From Candidatus Poribacteria bacterium (lineage in GTDB: Bacteria; Poribacteria; WGA-4E; JAJDTR01), in the NCBI GenBank assembly GCA_965222225.1, contig CBDCTK010000002.1:3904001-3968000 (forward strand): DNA of 64,000 nt, given 5' to 3'. This document shows positions 32,574 to 42,721 of this stretch, piece by piece. Below the pieces are notes generated by a model. It was given only the letters and a program-made list of their open reading frames with translations, had not been told where the DNA came from and made no database searches. The translations under genes and the position numbers were made by a program. Every line of letters begins with the position of its first letter. The first letter of the stretch is position 1.

Positions 32574-32750
32574 ATCAACTGAGCGATCAAGCGACTGGAT
32601 AAGGATCAAACGAGTGGATAGCGAGTGATCAACTGACTGGATAAGGAAGGCGATAGTGAATCCTGATAGCTAATCCCGCGCGATAGAGTTCCTATAGCGA
32701 TGCGATAGCTAATCCCATAGTGAGTGCGATAGAAATCCCATAGAGATCTC
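32574..32750 (+). mobile_element. Four-deep nested micro-element array
   Basis: Left ends at 32574, 32586, 32605, 32628; six right ends. Confidence 0.88.
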
Positions 32751-32812
32751 TCATCAAATCGCCGATTCACTCCTTCTAGCCACTCTTCACTAGCCACTGG
32801 CCACTGCTTTTA

Positions 32813-35452
32813 TCAGAATTGATTCGCCACAAACACCAAATCAAACACATTAATGACCCCATCCCCATTCACGTCCCCCTTCAAACTATCCGTCCCGAAC
32901 CTCTGTGCCACCAGCGTCAAATCCAAAATATTCACCACCCCATCCCCGTACACATCCGCTGGGTTCTTCGGCTTCACCCGCAAATACATCTCCCCGTCAA
33001 GATTTGGTAACGCGTGCTGCGTGTTCACCCATCCGCTGGCGACACCCTGCACCTCCTCCGGCAACGTGTGACCTGTGGCGCCCCGCTGTGATTGTACACC
33101 GCCCAACCATTCGTGAATTCGCGAATGTAAAGCCCTTCTGTCTCTTGGTACAACTGACGTTTCGGACCGACGGGACGCCCAAGATCCGCGCCCCAGAAAT
33201 CGTACCAGTAATGGTGATGACCTCCGCCAGTTTGGAATAATACGTAACCGTCGGAGTGTGTGAGACTCAGCGTGGTAAACGTTCGCATCCAGCGGAGGTT
33301 CGTTGGACTATCAGGTGGTTCTGTAGGGACGCTCCAGCCCTCAAGACTGTTAATGTGCGGTTCTCTCAAGTTAGTTTCTAACCAGAACAGAGAACTTTCT
33401 ATTTCAGCGAGCAGCGCATCCAAATGATTTGCAGGCGCCTCACTCGGCACTAATGTTTCCATAAAGCTGCCGTTGAGATACTTACCGGTCTTGGGGATTT
33501 TGCGACGATTGGTGTTTCCAATGATGAGGAAGTTAGGCCTCGTTTCAGCGCGGATGCGTTCCAGTATGTTTATTTTCGCTTCGATTTCAGTTTCGTATCC
33601 AACATATTCGGTGCGCGGATTGCGGGTAACTAAAAGAGGTGAATTGTCGTTCCACCAGTCAATCATGATGCCATCGAACAAACCACATTTGGAGACGGCT
33701 ACGGCTTGGGCGACCATTCGATCCTGAAAGCCGGGGAGTGTAAAATTAATAAATGCGTCGCCTTCCCCAGCGCCAACCAGGTTGCCGGAGGCGTCGCGCA
33801 GCCAATACGGCCAGTCGGGGGGAAATTCATGAGGCGGTTCGGCGCGAAATGCAAGCTGTACAAGAAAGACCATATTGGGGTTGTGGGCGAGAAATGCGTC
33901 GCGATTTTCTATAGCCTAGCTAGGACCGTAGGGGGTAACCATTTGGATAGTGTCCGACGTTTCGCGGAAGTATGTCTCAAACCGCGGAACGCTAAACCAC
34001 AAATCGTGAGTTGCGAGGTTTTCAATATCTGATAATTCAGGTCGGTTCAAGGTGCGAATCCAACCTGGGCCGCCCCATGCAGCGAACAGTGATGGGAACG
34101 TTCTATTCTCCAATCGAGGTTGCAGTGGCACGGGCGGCAGGTCACAGGTCTGGTCGTAAAAGTAATGGGTAAGCGGGAGGTCGTCCAGCGGGCTGTGGTC
34201 TACAATTTGGTTCTGGTGGATTGCCAAGTGTTCGAGTCTTGTTAGTCCGGCGAGAGGTCGGACGTCGGAAATACGATTGCCGTGCACTTCCAGGTATTCT
34301 AACTGAGTCAACGCGGCGAGAGCGTTGATATCATGAATGTCATTGTATTCGAGATTGAGCCTTTGAAGTTTCGATAGGCGTGCTAGGGGGCGATGTTGAT
34401 AATCTCGCAGTCGGCTGCTTTAAGTGTGCTTAAATTTGTTAGATGCCCTATCGGTGTGATGTCGGAAAATGAATTGATGGATATGTTGAGCCATGTGAGA
34501 TTGATGGCGAATTCTAAACCGGTGAGATCTGTTATCTGACTATTTGCTGCAGCCAACCGTGTTAATTGCCGCATAAATGCGCGATTGACAAGGACGCCAT
34601 GGGGAGCTTGAGAGTTTCTCGGATAGCGGCTCTCAGGTTGGGGTCGGGGATATCGACGACCGGACTGTTCGCGTCGAATATGAGGTTGTTTTGAGTGTCA
34701 AGATATTCTAAATTTGTGAGATTTTCAAGTGGAGTAACATCCGTAATATCGTTATTGCCCAGCAGTAGTTTCGTTAACGCCGTAAGGTTGACGAGCGGGC
34801 TAACATCAACAATGCGGTTGTCCTTAACTTCTAACCATTCCAATTCAGTCAAATTCGCCAGTGGACTGACATCGGTAATCTGGTTTGAGTGCAATCGCAA
34901 CTTCTTTAGTTGACTAAAATTCGCCAGTGGTTTGATGTCTGTAATTGCGTTTCGTTGGAGATAAAGCCCGGTCAGTGCTGTTAGGTTTGCCAATGGACTG
35001 ATGTCGGAAATACGGCAATCCTGCGCAGCCAAGCCTCTCAATTTTGTAAGATTCGCCAGCGGACTAATGTCGGAGATTGGAGTCACTTGGATAAATAGTT
35101 CCTCCAGTGTCGTGAGTCCTGCTATCGGCGTAAGTTCAGTTATCGGGTTGCTCGGTATGTGAAGCCAAGTAAGGCTTACGGCGAATTCCAAACCGGTGAG
35201 GTCTGTTATCCCTCGGTTGGCGGCGTCTAAGCGTTGCAATCGCCTCATAAATGCAGTCGTAACGGGTGCGTCAGGACGGAGATTCAGCGCTTCTCGCACC
35301 GCGGCGCGCAGATTCGGGTCGGGCATGTGGACCGGATCTTCTATCGCATTCGCTATCTGCTCGCTTGATGGCTGGGCGTAAGTATCGGCGCAGAGTGCCG
35401 TCAATGCCAGTGCGATTATCGCGAATATAGTATAGGTCTTTCGTTTCTGCAT
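32813..35452 (-). pseudogene. LRR + putative glycoside-hydrolase-like (GHL15-like) + dockerin secreted protein, disrupted
   Basis: ORF pieces 34562-35512, 34383-34574, 33916-34311, 33025-33873 and 32813-33106 are colinear; frameshifts near 34602, 34388, 33068 and an in-frame TAG at 33916. The GHL15 call is from motif resemblance only. Confidence 0.8.
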
Positions 35453-35619
35453 AGGATAAGTCTCCTTATTCGGATGTTCCGACCACAGCAGCCACAAACA
35501 TCTCTGTTTCAAATAACGTCCACAATTCTGCCGCGGTAGATATCTTGAGATGAACGAAGGCGTCTTCGTCCGCTTTGCACCGCCTCAAATCCGTGAAATC
35601 CTTTAATCCGTTTAATCCG

Positions 35620-35655
35620 ATCAACTGAGCGATTAGCGAAGGCGATAGAAATCCT
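35620..35655 (+). mobile_element. Single micro-element
   Basis: ATCAACTGAGCGATTAGCGAAGGCGATAGAAATCCT. Confidence 0.85.
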
Positions 35656-35670
35656 ATCACGCATCACGCA

Positions 35671-37575
35671 TTAAAACGCATTCGCCACAAACACCAAATC
35701 AAACACATTGACAACCCCATCCCCATTCACGTCTCCCTTCAAACTATCCGTTCCAAACCCCTGAGCCACCAGCGTCAAGTCCAAGATATTCACCACCCCG
35801 CCCCCGTTCACATCCGCCGGATTCTTCGGCTTTACCCGCAAATACATCTCCCCGTCAAGGTTCGGTAGTGCGTGCTCCGTGTTTACCAAACCGCTGGCGA
35901 CGCCCTGTACCTCCTCCGACAACGTGATGACCTGCGCCTACCCACTGTGATTGTAGACTGCCCAACCGTTGGTAAATTCGCGGATGTAAAGTCCTGGGAT
36001 CTCTATCGCACTCGCTATTCGCTCCCTAGATCGGTTCTCGTAGAGTTGACCTTTTTCTTCGCTGACCGGACGACCGAGGTCGGCATCCCAGAAATCGTAC
36101 CAGTAATGCTCGTGCTGAATGCCGTCGTTAAACAAGACGTAACCGTCGGAATGCGTGAGGCCGAATGCAGTGAAAGCGCGCATCCAGCGTAAATTCGCCG
36201 GGCTATCCGGCGGTCCCGTGGGAATACCCCATCCTTCCAAGCCGTTAATCTGCGGTTCTCTGAGGTTGGCTTCCAACCAGAGCAAAGCGCTCTCTATCTG
36301 GGCTAACCCCGCTTCTAGACGCTCTCCGGTTTTATCGTGCGGCACCCCCGTTTCCATAAACCCGCCGTTGATATGCTCGCCTGTCCTCGGTATTTTGCGG
36401 TCGTTGGTGTTGCCCATTATCAATGGGCCCGGACGAGCCTCGGCGCGGATGCGCTCAAGAATGTTGCTCCGAGCGCGTTGCTCGACAATCGTGGCGTCCT
36501 CATCTTCCGCCCAATGGTCAAAAAGAACGCCGTCGTACAAACCGCACCTTGACACGGCGAGCGCTCGGTTAATGATTATCTCCTAGGCGACGGGGTGTGT
36601 AAAATCGACTTTGTAAGCACCAGGCAGGGAAGATTGCGATCAGGCTTGCCGTCAGCGCCTTTTACCCAATAAGGCGAGTCCTCCGGCACGTTTTCGAGAT
36701 AATCTCTTTTCATTGGAATACTTACAATGAAAACCATATCCGGATTAATCGCTGTATACTCAGCACGCAGTTGCTCACCCCGTCCGGGAACGCCCCGTAC
36801 TTCCCACGTTTCGCCCGTGCAAAAAAAAACGCTGGTCAAATATTAGTGCCGATATATACAAATCGTGTTGAGCGTATTTCTCCACATTACTAAGATGCGG
36901 TTGATTGAGAGTCCCGGCCCATGCGGCAAACACTGAGGGATAATTTCTGCTTTTCAACCTGGATTCGAGTTCAAATGGAGGCGTATCACAGACCTGATCG
37001 TAGGTAAAACGGGTAAGCGACAGACCGTCAAGCGGAGAGCGATCCATAATAAAATTTCCCTCAATGGCGAGTTTCCGTAATCCGGTCAAACCGCGTAACG
37101 CTTCTACATCGGCTATTTGGTTGTCGCGAAGCAATAACAAGCGCAGAGAAGTTAATCCGACAAGCGGAGAAACATCTTTGATTGCGTTTCTGTCCAACCC
37201 CAACTCTTCCAAACTGTGAAGGTTGGCGAGCGGGGATATATCGGAAATGCTGTTTCTTGCCAAATCCAAGAGCCGTATATTGGGAGCATATTGCAACCCT
37301 TCAAGATTCTCAATCTCTCTACCGGGAGCGTCCAACCGCTCAAGTCGCCGCAAGGCAACGACCGTGATACGGTCGGGATTCGCTCCGCTCGCCTCGACGA
37401 CGACAGCCTTTAGATTTGGATCGGGAAAATGAACGACTTGGGCATGAACCCAAGAGGCAACCAGTAGAAAGGCAGTGACCAGTAGCCAGCGGCTAGTGGT
37501 CAGTAAAGACAAAGACGAGTTTCTGTTTTTCACTGACCACTGCTTTTTGGTGGTGGCTAAAACGCGATGTAACAT
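35671..37575 (-). pseudogene. Second LRR + GH-like + dockerin paralog, disrupted
   Basis: Pieces 36775-37575, 36576-36839, 35938-36555, 35671-35922; frameshift at the A9 run (~36821-36829) and near 36630; in-frame TAG at ~36583 and 35938. Confidence 0.8.
35996..36031 (-). mobile_element. Micro-element inserted in frame in a CDS
   Basis: Minus strand ATCTAGGGAGCGAATAGCGAGTGCGATAGAGATCCC, read as (R)SRERIASAIEIP. Confidence 0.88.
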
Positions 37576-37813
37576 CGTAAATCTTCTTTCAGGAAAGGGT
37601 CATAATTGGCTTGGTGCGGCGATAACCGTACCGCACTCCGGGGCAGGTCTGGCCGAAAATCTTCGGAAGATGTTGACAAACCGTGATTCTGTAGGCGTAG
37701 ACAGAAAAGTCTAGCATGACGCGACGGGAAGTCAAGGTATTTTGTGTGCCGGATAGGAAAACCTTTACCCGACAACCCAAAACAATGCCCTTAAAACGCA
37801 AATTCGTGGGTTT

Positions 37814-38014
37814 TCAGAACTGATTCGCCACAAACACCAAATCAAACACATTCACCACCCCGTCCCCGTTGACATCCGCCGGATTCTTCGGTTTCACCCT
37901 CAGATACATCTCCCCGTCCAGATTCGGCAGCGCATGCTCCGTGTTCACCAAACCGCTGGCGACGCCTTGCTCCTCCTCCGGCAACGTTATTACCTGCGCC
38001 TCACCGCTGTAGCC
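37814..38014 (-). pseudogene. C-terminal remnant of a third paralog (dockerin end)
   Basis: YSGEAQVITLPEEEQGVASGLVNTEHALPNLDGEMYLRVKPKNPADVNGDGVVNVFDLVFVANQF*, directly downstream of lpxK. Confidence 0.8.
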
Positions 38015-38024
38015 ATTCGCTCGG

Positions 38025-39140
38025 CTAACATTCCTGCAAGTACCGAGTCAACAAACACTCTCCAGCGGTGATTGACAATTCAATCGCGAGAACCAGAATG
38101 GGCAGGTAGTCACGAGTGGCGGCGTTGTCGCCTTCCTCCGTGCAAAAAGCTGCTAATTTGAGTTCATCCTTGCGGGTCGTTATGATAAAGTCAGCCCCTG
38201 CCTGTTGTGCCTCAGTCTGAATTCTGACGACATCCGCACGAGAATACTGATGGTGATCGGGAAACGGCAGCAAGTCGATGTACTGTGGCTCATACCGGCG
38301 CAGCGTTTCCGCAAGCGTGTCCGGATTGCCAATCCCGCACACGGCAAATAGATTCTTCCCCTTCAAAATACTGAAATCAACGTCCTCGTCTTTACCTAGC
38401 CGGTAGAGTCGCGTCGGATTGTGGCGGCTCTCTACAATCGGCGTATCCCCCGCCAACGAGGCGATATCCTCGCGTATCTCATCCGCGGATTCCGCCATGT
38501 CAACCCGCGTAAGCATAATCAAATCTGCCCGTCGCAACGCCGATATCGGTTCGCGTAACGTCCCCGCGGGGAGCAACCTTTTCGTTCCAAACGGCTGCGT
38601 CGCATCCACGGCAACGATATCCAGATCTCGCGGCAATTTTCGGTGTTGAAAACCGTCATCCAAAATGAGTACGTCACACTTCAAGCGCTGCAAGGCGTGG
38701 CAGCCGGTCTCATAGCGATCTTTCCCGATAAGCACCGGAACGCTTGGCAGTTCCCGCGCGATCATCACGGCTTCATCGCCGCTCGTCTCAACGGACGCCA
38801 TAATCTCGCGGCCATCGGACACGACATGTGTTGCCGGTGTTTTTTCCTCACGATGATAGCCGCGCAGCAGGATGGCTGGACGGTAGCCCGCCTCTTGCAA
38901 CGCCTTGGCAATCCAAATGACTACCGGCGTTTTGCCCGTTCCGCCGGATACAATGTTGCCGACGCCAATCACGGTGCGAGGCAACCGCCTCGATTTGAGG
39001 AGGCGGCAATCGTAGAGCCAATTGCGGAAGTTGACAATCGCCGCGTAGACATAACTCAACGGTGTTAGCAAGGTTAGCAGTAGAGTGGGAACAAAACCCG
39101 TTGCTTTCCGCGTGATAACGAAGTAAAGGTAGTTTTTCAT
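38025..39140 (-). CDS. lpxK: Tetraacyldisaccharide 4'-kinase
   Basis: VGNIVSGGTGKTP, LDDGFQH, LLPAGTLRE, FPDHH. Confidence 0.95.
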   Translation of the reverse strand: MKNYLYFVITRKATGFVPTLLLTLLTPLSYVYAAIVNFRNWLYDCRLLKSRRLPRTVIGVGNIVSGGTGKTPVVIWIAKALQEAGYRPAILLRGYHREEKTPATHVVSDGREIMASVETSGDEAVMIARELPSVPVLIGKDRYETGCHALQRLKCDVLILDDGFQHRKLPRDLDIVAVDATQPFGTKRLLPAGTLREPISALRRADLIMLTRVDMAESADEIREDIASLAGDTPIVESRHNPTRLYRLGKDEDVDFSILKGKNLFAVCGIGNPDTLAETLRRYEPQYIDLLPFPDHHQYSRADVVRIQTEAQQAGADFIITTRKDELKLAAFCTEEGDNAATRDYLPILVLAIELSITAGECLLTRYLQEC

Positions 39141-40255
39141 GATTCGACGTAGCCCAATACCAACTGAGCCGTTCGTTCCGCCGCCCCGGAATCTCCAAGC
39201 TGCTCACGTACCCTGCAAAGAGCTTTGCGTTGTTCCTCTCGTTTTTCCGAATCTTGTAGTAGATCGAGTGCGATTGAGGTTATCCGCTCAACCTCTACAT
39301 CATCTTGCAAAAGTTCGGGAACGATTTGGCGCCCGGCGACAATATTCGGCAACGCGCTCGAATCGAGTTTAACGAATCGCTTTGCCGTCCACCAACTGAG
39401 CCGGGACAATTTGTAGAGAACGACCATCGGCGTCAGGAGGCATGCGGCTTCAAGCGTGGCTGTGCCCGACGCTACCAGTATTAGGTCGGACGCGCGCATG
39501 GCTTCGTACGTTGCATCTTTGACAATTTTGACCGTTGGCGCTTCGGGCAAGGTTTCTGGGGGGATGCTTGGTGCCAGTGGTAAAATCAACTGGCAATCGG
39601 GTAGGATTCGACGAATCTGTTCGGCGGCTTCCAACATCACGGGGTACAAGGCTTCCACCTCTCGCCGCCGACTGCCCGGCATCAAACCGAGAACAGGCGC
39701 ATTTGGTGCCAAGCCAAGTTTCTCACGGGCTTCGGCTATAGCGAGGTCCGAATTGGCGTAGTCCAATAATGGATGACCGACGAATTGTGCGTGCGCACCC
39801 GCACGCTGGTAGAAGTCCGTCTCAAAAGGAAAGATTGAGGCAACCGCGCTAGTTCTTTTCGCGATTTTCTTCGCGCGATACCCACGCCACGCCCACGCTT
39901 TCGGCGGGATGTAGTAGACGACCGGTATTTGCAGTCGATGCGCGCACGCAGCAAGCCCCATGTTAAATTCTGCGAAATCGACGAGCACGACCACGTCGGG
40001 GCGTTTCTTGCGAATGAGCCGTTTTAAGTGCCGCTGTTTTTTTAGGAACGCCGGAATCGCCGAAAGCACCTCTCCGATGCCCATCACCGCCGAATCGCGA
40101 ATGTGATAAACGAGTGAAACCCCTGCGGCTTCCATATGGTCGCCGCCCATTCCGAAGAGCTCGATCTCGGGACGGAGGGTTTTGAGTTGAGCTGCAACCT
40201 GAGATGCCTGCAAGTCGCCGGACGGCTCGCCGGCAACGATCAGAATCGCTGGCAT
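39137..40255 (-). CDS. lpxB: Lipid-A-disaccharide synthase
   Basis: VAGEPSGD, WAWR, VGHPL, MPGSR, SGTATLE. Confidence 0.95.
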   Translation of the reverse strand: MPAILIVAGEPSGDLQASQVAAQLKTLRPEIELFGMGGDHMEAAGVSLVYHIRDSAVMGIGEVLSAIPAFLKKQRHLKRLIRKKRPDVVVLVDFAEFNMGLAACAHRLQIPVVYYIPPKAWAWRGYRAKKIAKRTSAVASIFPFETDFYQRAGAHAQFVGHPLLDYANSDLAIAEAREKLGLAPNAPVLGLMPGSRRREVEALYPVMLEAAEQIRRILPDCQLILPLAPSIPPETLPEAPTVKIVKDATYEAMRASDLILVASGTATLEAACLLTPMVVLYKLSRLSWWTAKRFVKLDSSALPNIVAGRQIVPELLQDDVEVERITSIALDLLQDSEKREEQRKALCRVREQLGDSGAAERTAQLVLGYVES

Positions 40256-40281
40256 TGTTTCACACTCACATTTCGTTAGGG

Positions 40282-40450
40282 ATCAACCGAGCGGATAGCG
40301 AGGGCGATAGAGATCCCTCAAGCGACTGGATAACGATCAACTGAGTGGTTAACGAAGGATCAAAGGAGCGGATAGCGACTGCGATAGCCAATCCCATAGA
40401 AGATCCCGTGCGATACAGTTCCCTTCAACCGAGTGAATAAATCAAGGGAA
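40282..40450 (+). mobile_element. Micro-element array: tandem copy, three-deep nest and partial left ends
   Basis: Left ends at 40282, 40318, 40336, 40359, 40425. Confidence 0.88.
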
Positions 40451-40470
40451 TTCTTCAATGTGTATATCCG

Positions 40471-41514
40471 CTACGGCATCATACCCGGAATGCGTAACCC
40501 TGCGGTTTCGTCTAAGTCAAACATCACATTCAGGTTCTGCACAACCGCACTTGACGCGCCCTTGCCGAGGTTGTCAATCGCAGACAACACGACGACTCGA
40601 TTTGTGCGCACGTCGACTTCAAGTCCGATGTCACAGTAGTTGGTTCCGGCAACCGCTTTTGTCTGCGGGTACTCGTCCTGATCGAGAACACGCACAAATG
40701 GCTCTTTTTCATAGTATTTCGAATAAATCGCCAATAACGACTCAGTTGAAATATCGGCTTTGAGTTGGAAGTAGAGTGTGCTCAGAATTCCCCGCGTCAT
40801 CGGAACGATGTGGGGCGTAAAGATCACGCGGATAGTCTCGCCAGCGATCTTGCTCAACTCCTGCTCAATCTCCGGGGTGTGGCGATGCGTGCCGATGTTG
40901 TATGCGATAAAATTTGATTCTCGATTGGGAAAATGTGTTGTTGCGCTAGGGGTGCGTCCCGCGCCGGAGATTCCGGACTTCGAGTCGATTATGATGGAAC
41001 TCGGTTCAACCAAATCTCTGGCAAGCAGCGGCAGCGTGGGGAGAATGGCGCTTGTCGGATAGCACCCGGGATTTGCCACTAGCTCTGCCGTGCGAATCTC
41101 GCTTCGATAAAGTTCCGGCAAACCGTAAACTGCGCGCTCCATCCACTCGGGGTCCGAGTGCTCGACATGATACCATCCCTGATACGTTTCAGGATCGTCC
41201 AAACGGTAATCTGCACTGAAATCAACAACGCGAAGACCCTGTTTCAAAATCTCCGGTACGTACGACATGGCAACTTTGTGGGGGACGGCAAGAACAACCA
41301 CGTCCACCCGATCTCTGAGCGTCTCAATCTCCAACGGCTCGAAATCAAGGTCGATCAAACCGCGAAGGTTCGGCATTACCCGGTCTACCCGCTGGCCAGG
41401 ATACGTTTCCGACGTCACCATCTCGATTTTCAATTCGCCCGGGTGACTGATCAGGAAACGCAACAATTCGCTGCTCGTATAACCTGACGCCCCCACAATG
41501 CCAACCTTTACCAT
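40471..41514 (-). CDS. argC: N-acetyl-gamma-glutamyl-phosphate reductase
   Basis: GASGY, VANPGCYPT, HRHTPEI, IDNLGKGA. Confidence 0.96.
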   Translation of the reverse strand: MVKVGIVGASGYTSSELLRFLISHPGELKIEMVTSETYPGQRVDRVMPNLRGLIDLDFEPLEIETLRDRVDVVVLAVPHKVAMSYVPEILKQGLRVVDFSADYRLDDPETYQGWYHVEHSDPEWMERAVYGLPELYRSEIRTAELVANPGCYPTSAILPTLPLLARDLVEPSSIIIDSKSGISGAGRTPSATTHFPNRESNFIAYNIGTHRHTPEIEQELSKIAGETIRVIFTPHIVPMTRGILSTLYFQLKADISTESLLAIYSKYYEKEPFVRVLDQDEYPQTKAVAGTNYCDIGLEVDVRTNRVVVLSAIDNLGKGASSAVVQNLNVMFDLDETAGLRIPGMMP

Positions 41515-41677
41515 TGAGATTCGCGCTCCTCGTCATGCTGCGCCTAATTTTAGAATATCAGTGAGACTAAACCCTCCGTGACCGATGAAAAATTGTAGCA
41601 TTCAGAACGACGGATGTCAAGAACCAACGTCAAGCGCCAACGATTCGATTCCGCTTCAAATCCCCTGATTGTGCTCA

Positions 41678-41845
41678 ATAGAGATCCCATAGAACTCCCT
41701 TCAACCAAGACGTAGGAGGGATCAAGCGAATGGATAATGAGTGCGATAGTAAATCCCACACGACAGAGATCCCCTCAAGCGGGTGAATAACGAGTAGGAT
41801 GAACTATCGCCTTCACTATTCGTTCAGTTGATCGATAGAAATCTT
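41678..41845. mobile_element. Micro-element array with one copy nested in inverted orientation (41796-41832)
   Basis: Full + copy at 41721-41757; minus copy ATCAACTGAACGAATAGTGAAGGCGATAGTTCATCCT. Confidence 0.85.
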
Positions 41846-41914
41846 CTTGCCCCGACTCCGTTGCACCTCTTGGCGCCAGGGCTTTACCAACCGCTAACTT
41901 CTACCACCAAACAC

Positions 41915-42256
41915 TTACGCAAAATGTATCCAATGCCCATCAGGATCTTGAAAACTCAGACTCGGACCGCGCCGCGTGAGGGGAATATTCCTTTGGCGAA
42001 GCGTTTCAAGCGCCTCTTCTTCCGCTCCATCAGGCAGATTGAGCGCAAGATGATGCACACCCGCGCCAATTTGCGCCGGATCGGATGCTTGGAACAATGC
42101 CAACACTTCTCCGTTTGCCAAACGCAAGAAGATGCGATTCTCTGAAGCACTTCCCTCTTCCAGTCCCAAATGAGCGATATACCAATCGGCAGACTTTCGT
42201 ACATCGCTCACCCAGACAGCGACGTGATTGAACCCTTGCACCTTTATACTTGCCAT
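41915..42256 (-). CDS. VOC/glyoxalase family protein
   Basis: FNHVAVWV, HHLAL, FQDPDGHWI. Confidence 0.88.
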   Translation of the reverse strand: MASIKVQGFNHVAVWVSDVRKSADWYIAHLGLEEGSASENRIFLRLANGEVLALFQASDPAQIGAGVHHLALNLPDGAEEEALETLRQRNIPLTRRGPSLSFQDPDGHWIHFA

Positions 42257-42428
42257 TGTCTATTGCCTCCTTTCTTCCAGACAAATCGGATTTTATCATA
42301 TTTTGAGCCACGCCGCTAGATGTACTTGGGATACAGACAGGGGAAATGCATCTAAAATCTATCGAATCGTCCTCACGCTGTAAATAACCACGATGGTTGT
42401 TTTTAACTTCCTATGTTTTCCGCCCTAC

Positions 42429-42721
42429 AGCCCCAGAGGGGATCGAGCGAGCGAATAGCAAGTGCGATAGAGATCCCGACAGGGCTGGTTGTGTCTCGGA
42501 TGTATCGTCCGAATTAAAGACGAATTTTCGATTATAGGCGGATTTGGGCGAATCGAAATTTAACCGAGAATGCTACAACCGCCACCGAGCTAGCCACTTT
42601 CCGATTTTTTCTAGTTGCTACCTAAGTGTCGCCCCTCTGGGGCTTTAGCGTGCTTACGATTGGCGTTGCTATACACCTTCCGGGATTTCTATCGCACTCG
42701 TTTGATCCCGCGCTGGGGCTT
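42429..42721. repeat. Repeat with GCCCC..GGGGC palindromes carrying micro-elements at 42442-42477 (+) and 42682-42706 (-, short form)
   Basis: CCCCAGAGGGG[36 bp]GACAGG; minus strand GGG[ATCAAACGAGTGCGATAGAAATCCC]GGAAGG. Confidence 0.75.

Noticed and set aside
32574-32750. CRISPR or TIGR-like array (units of about 36 nt)
   Set aside because: No regular repeat-spacer alternation. The variable positions are 2-nt and self-complementary, units are nested rather than tandem, and no cas or Nop-domain gene is nearby.
32606-32797. Short ORFs over repeat DNA (also 28427-28827, 41550-41759, 45993-46193, 50868-51131, 53746-53964)
   Set aside because: They are chance translations of micro-element, REP or MITE sequence.
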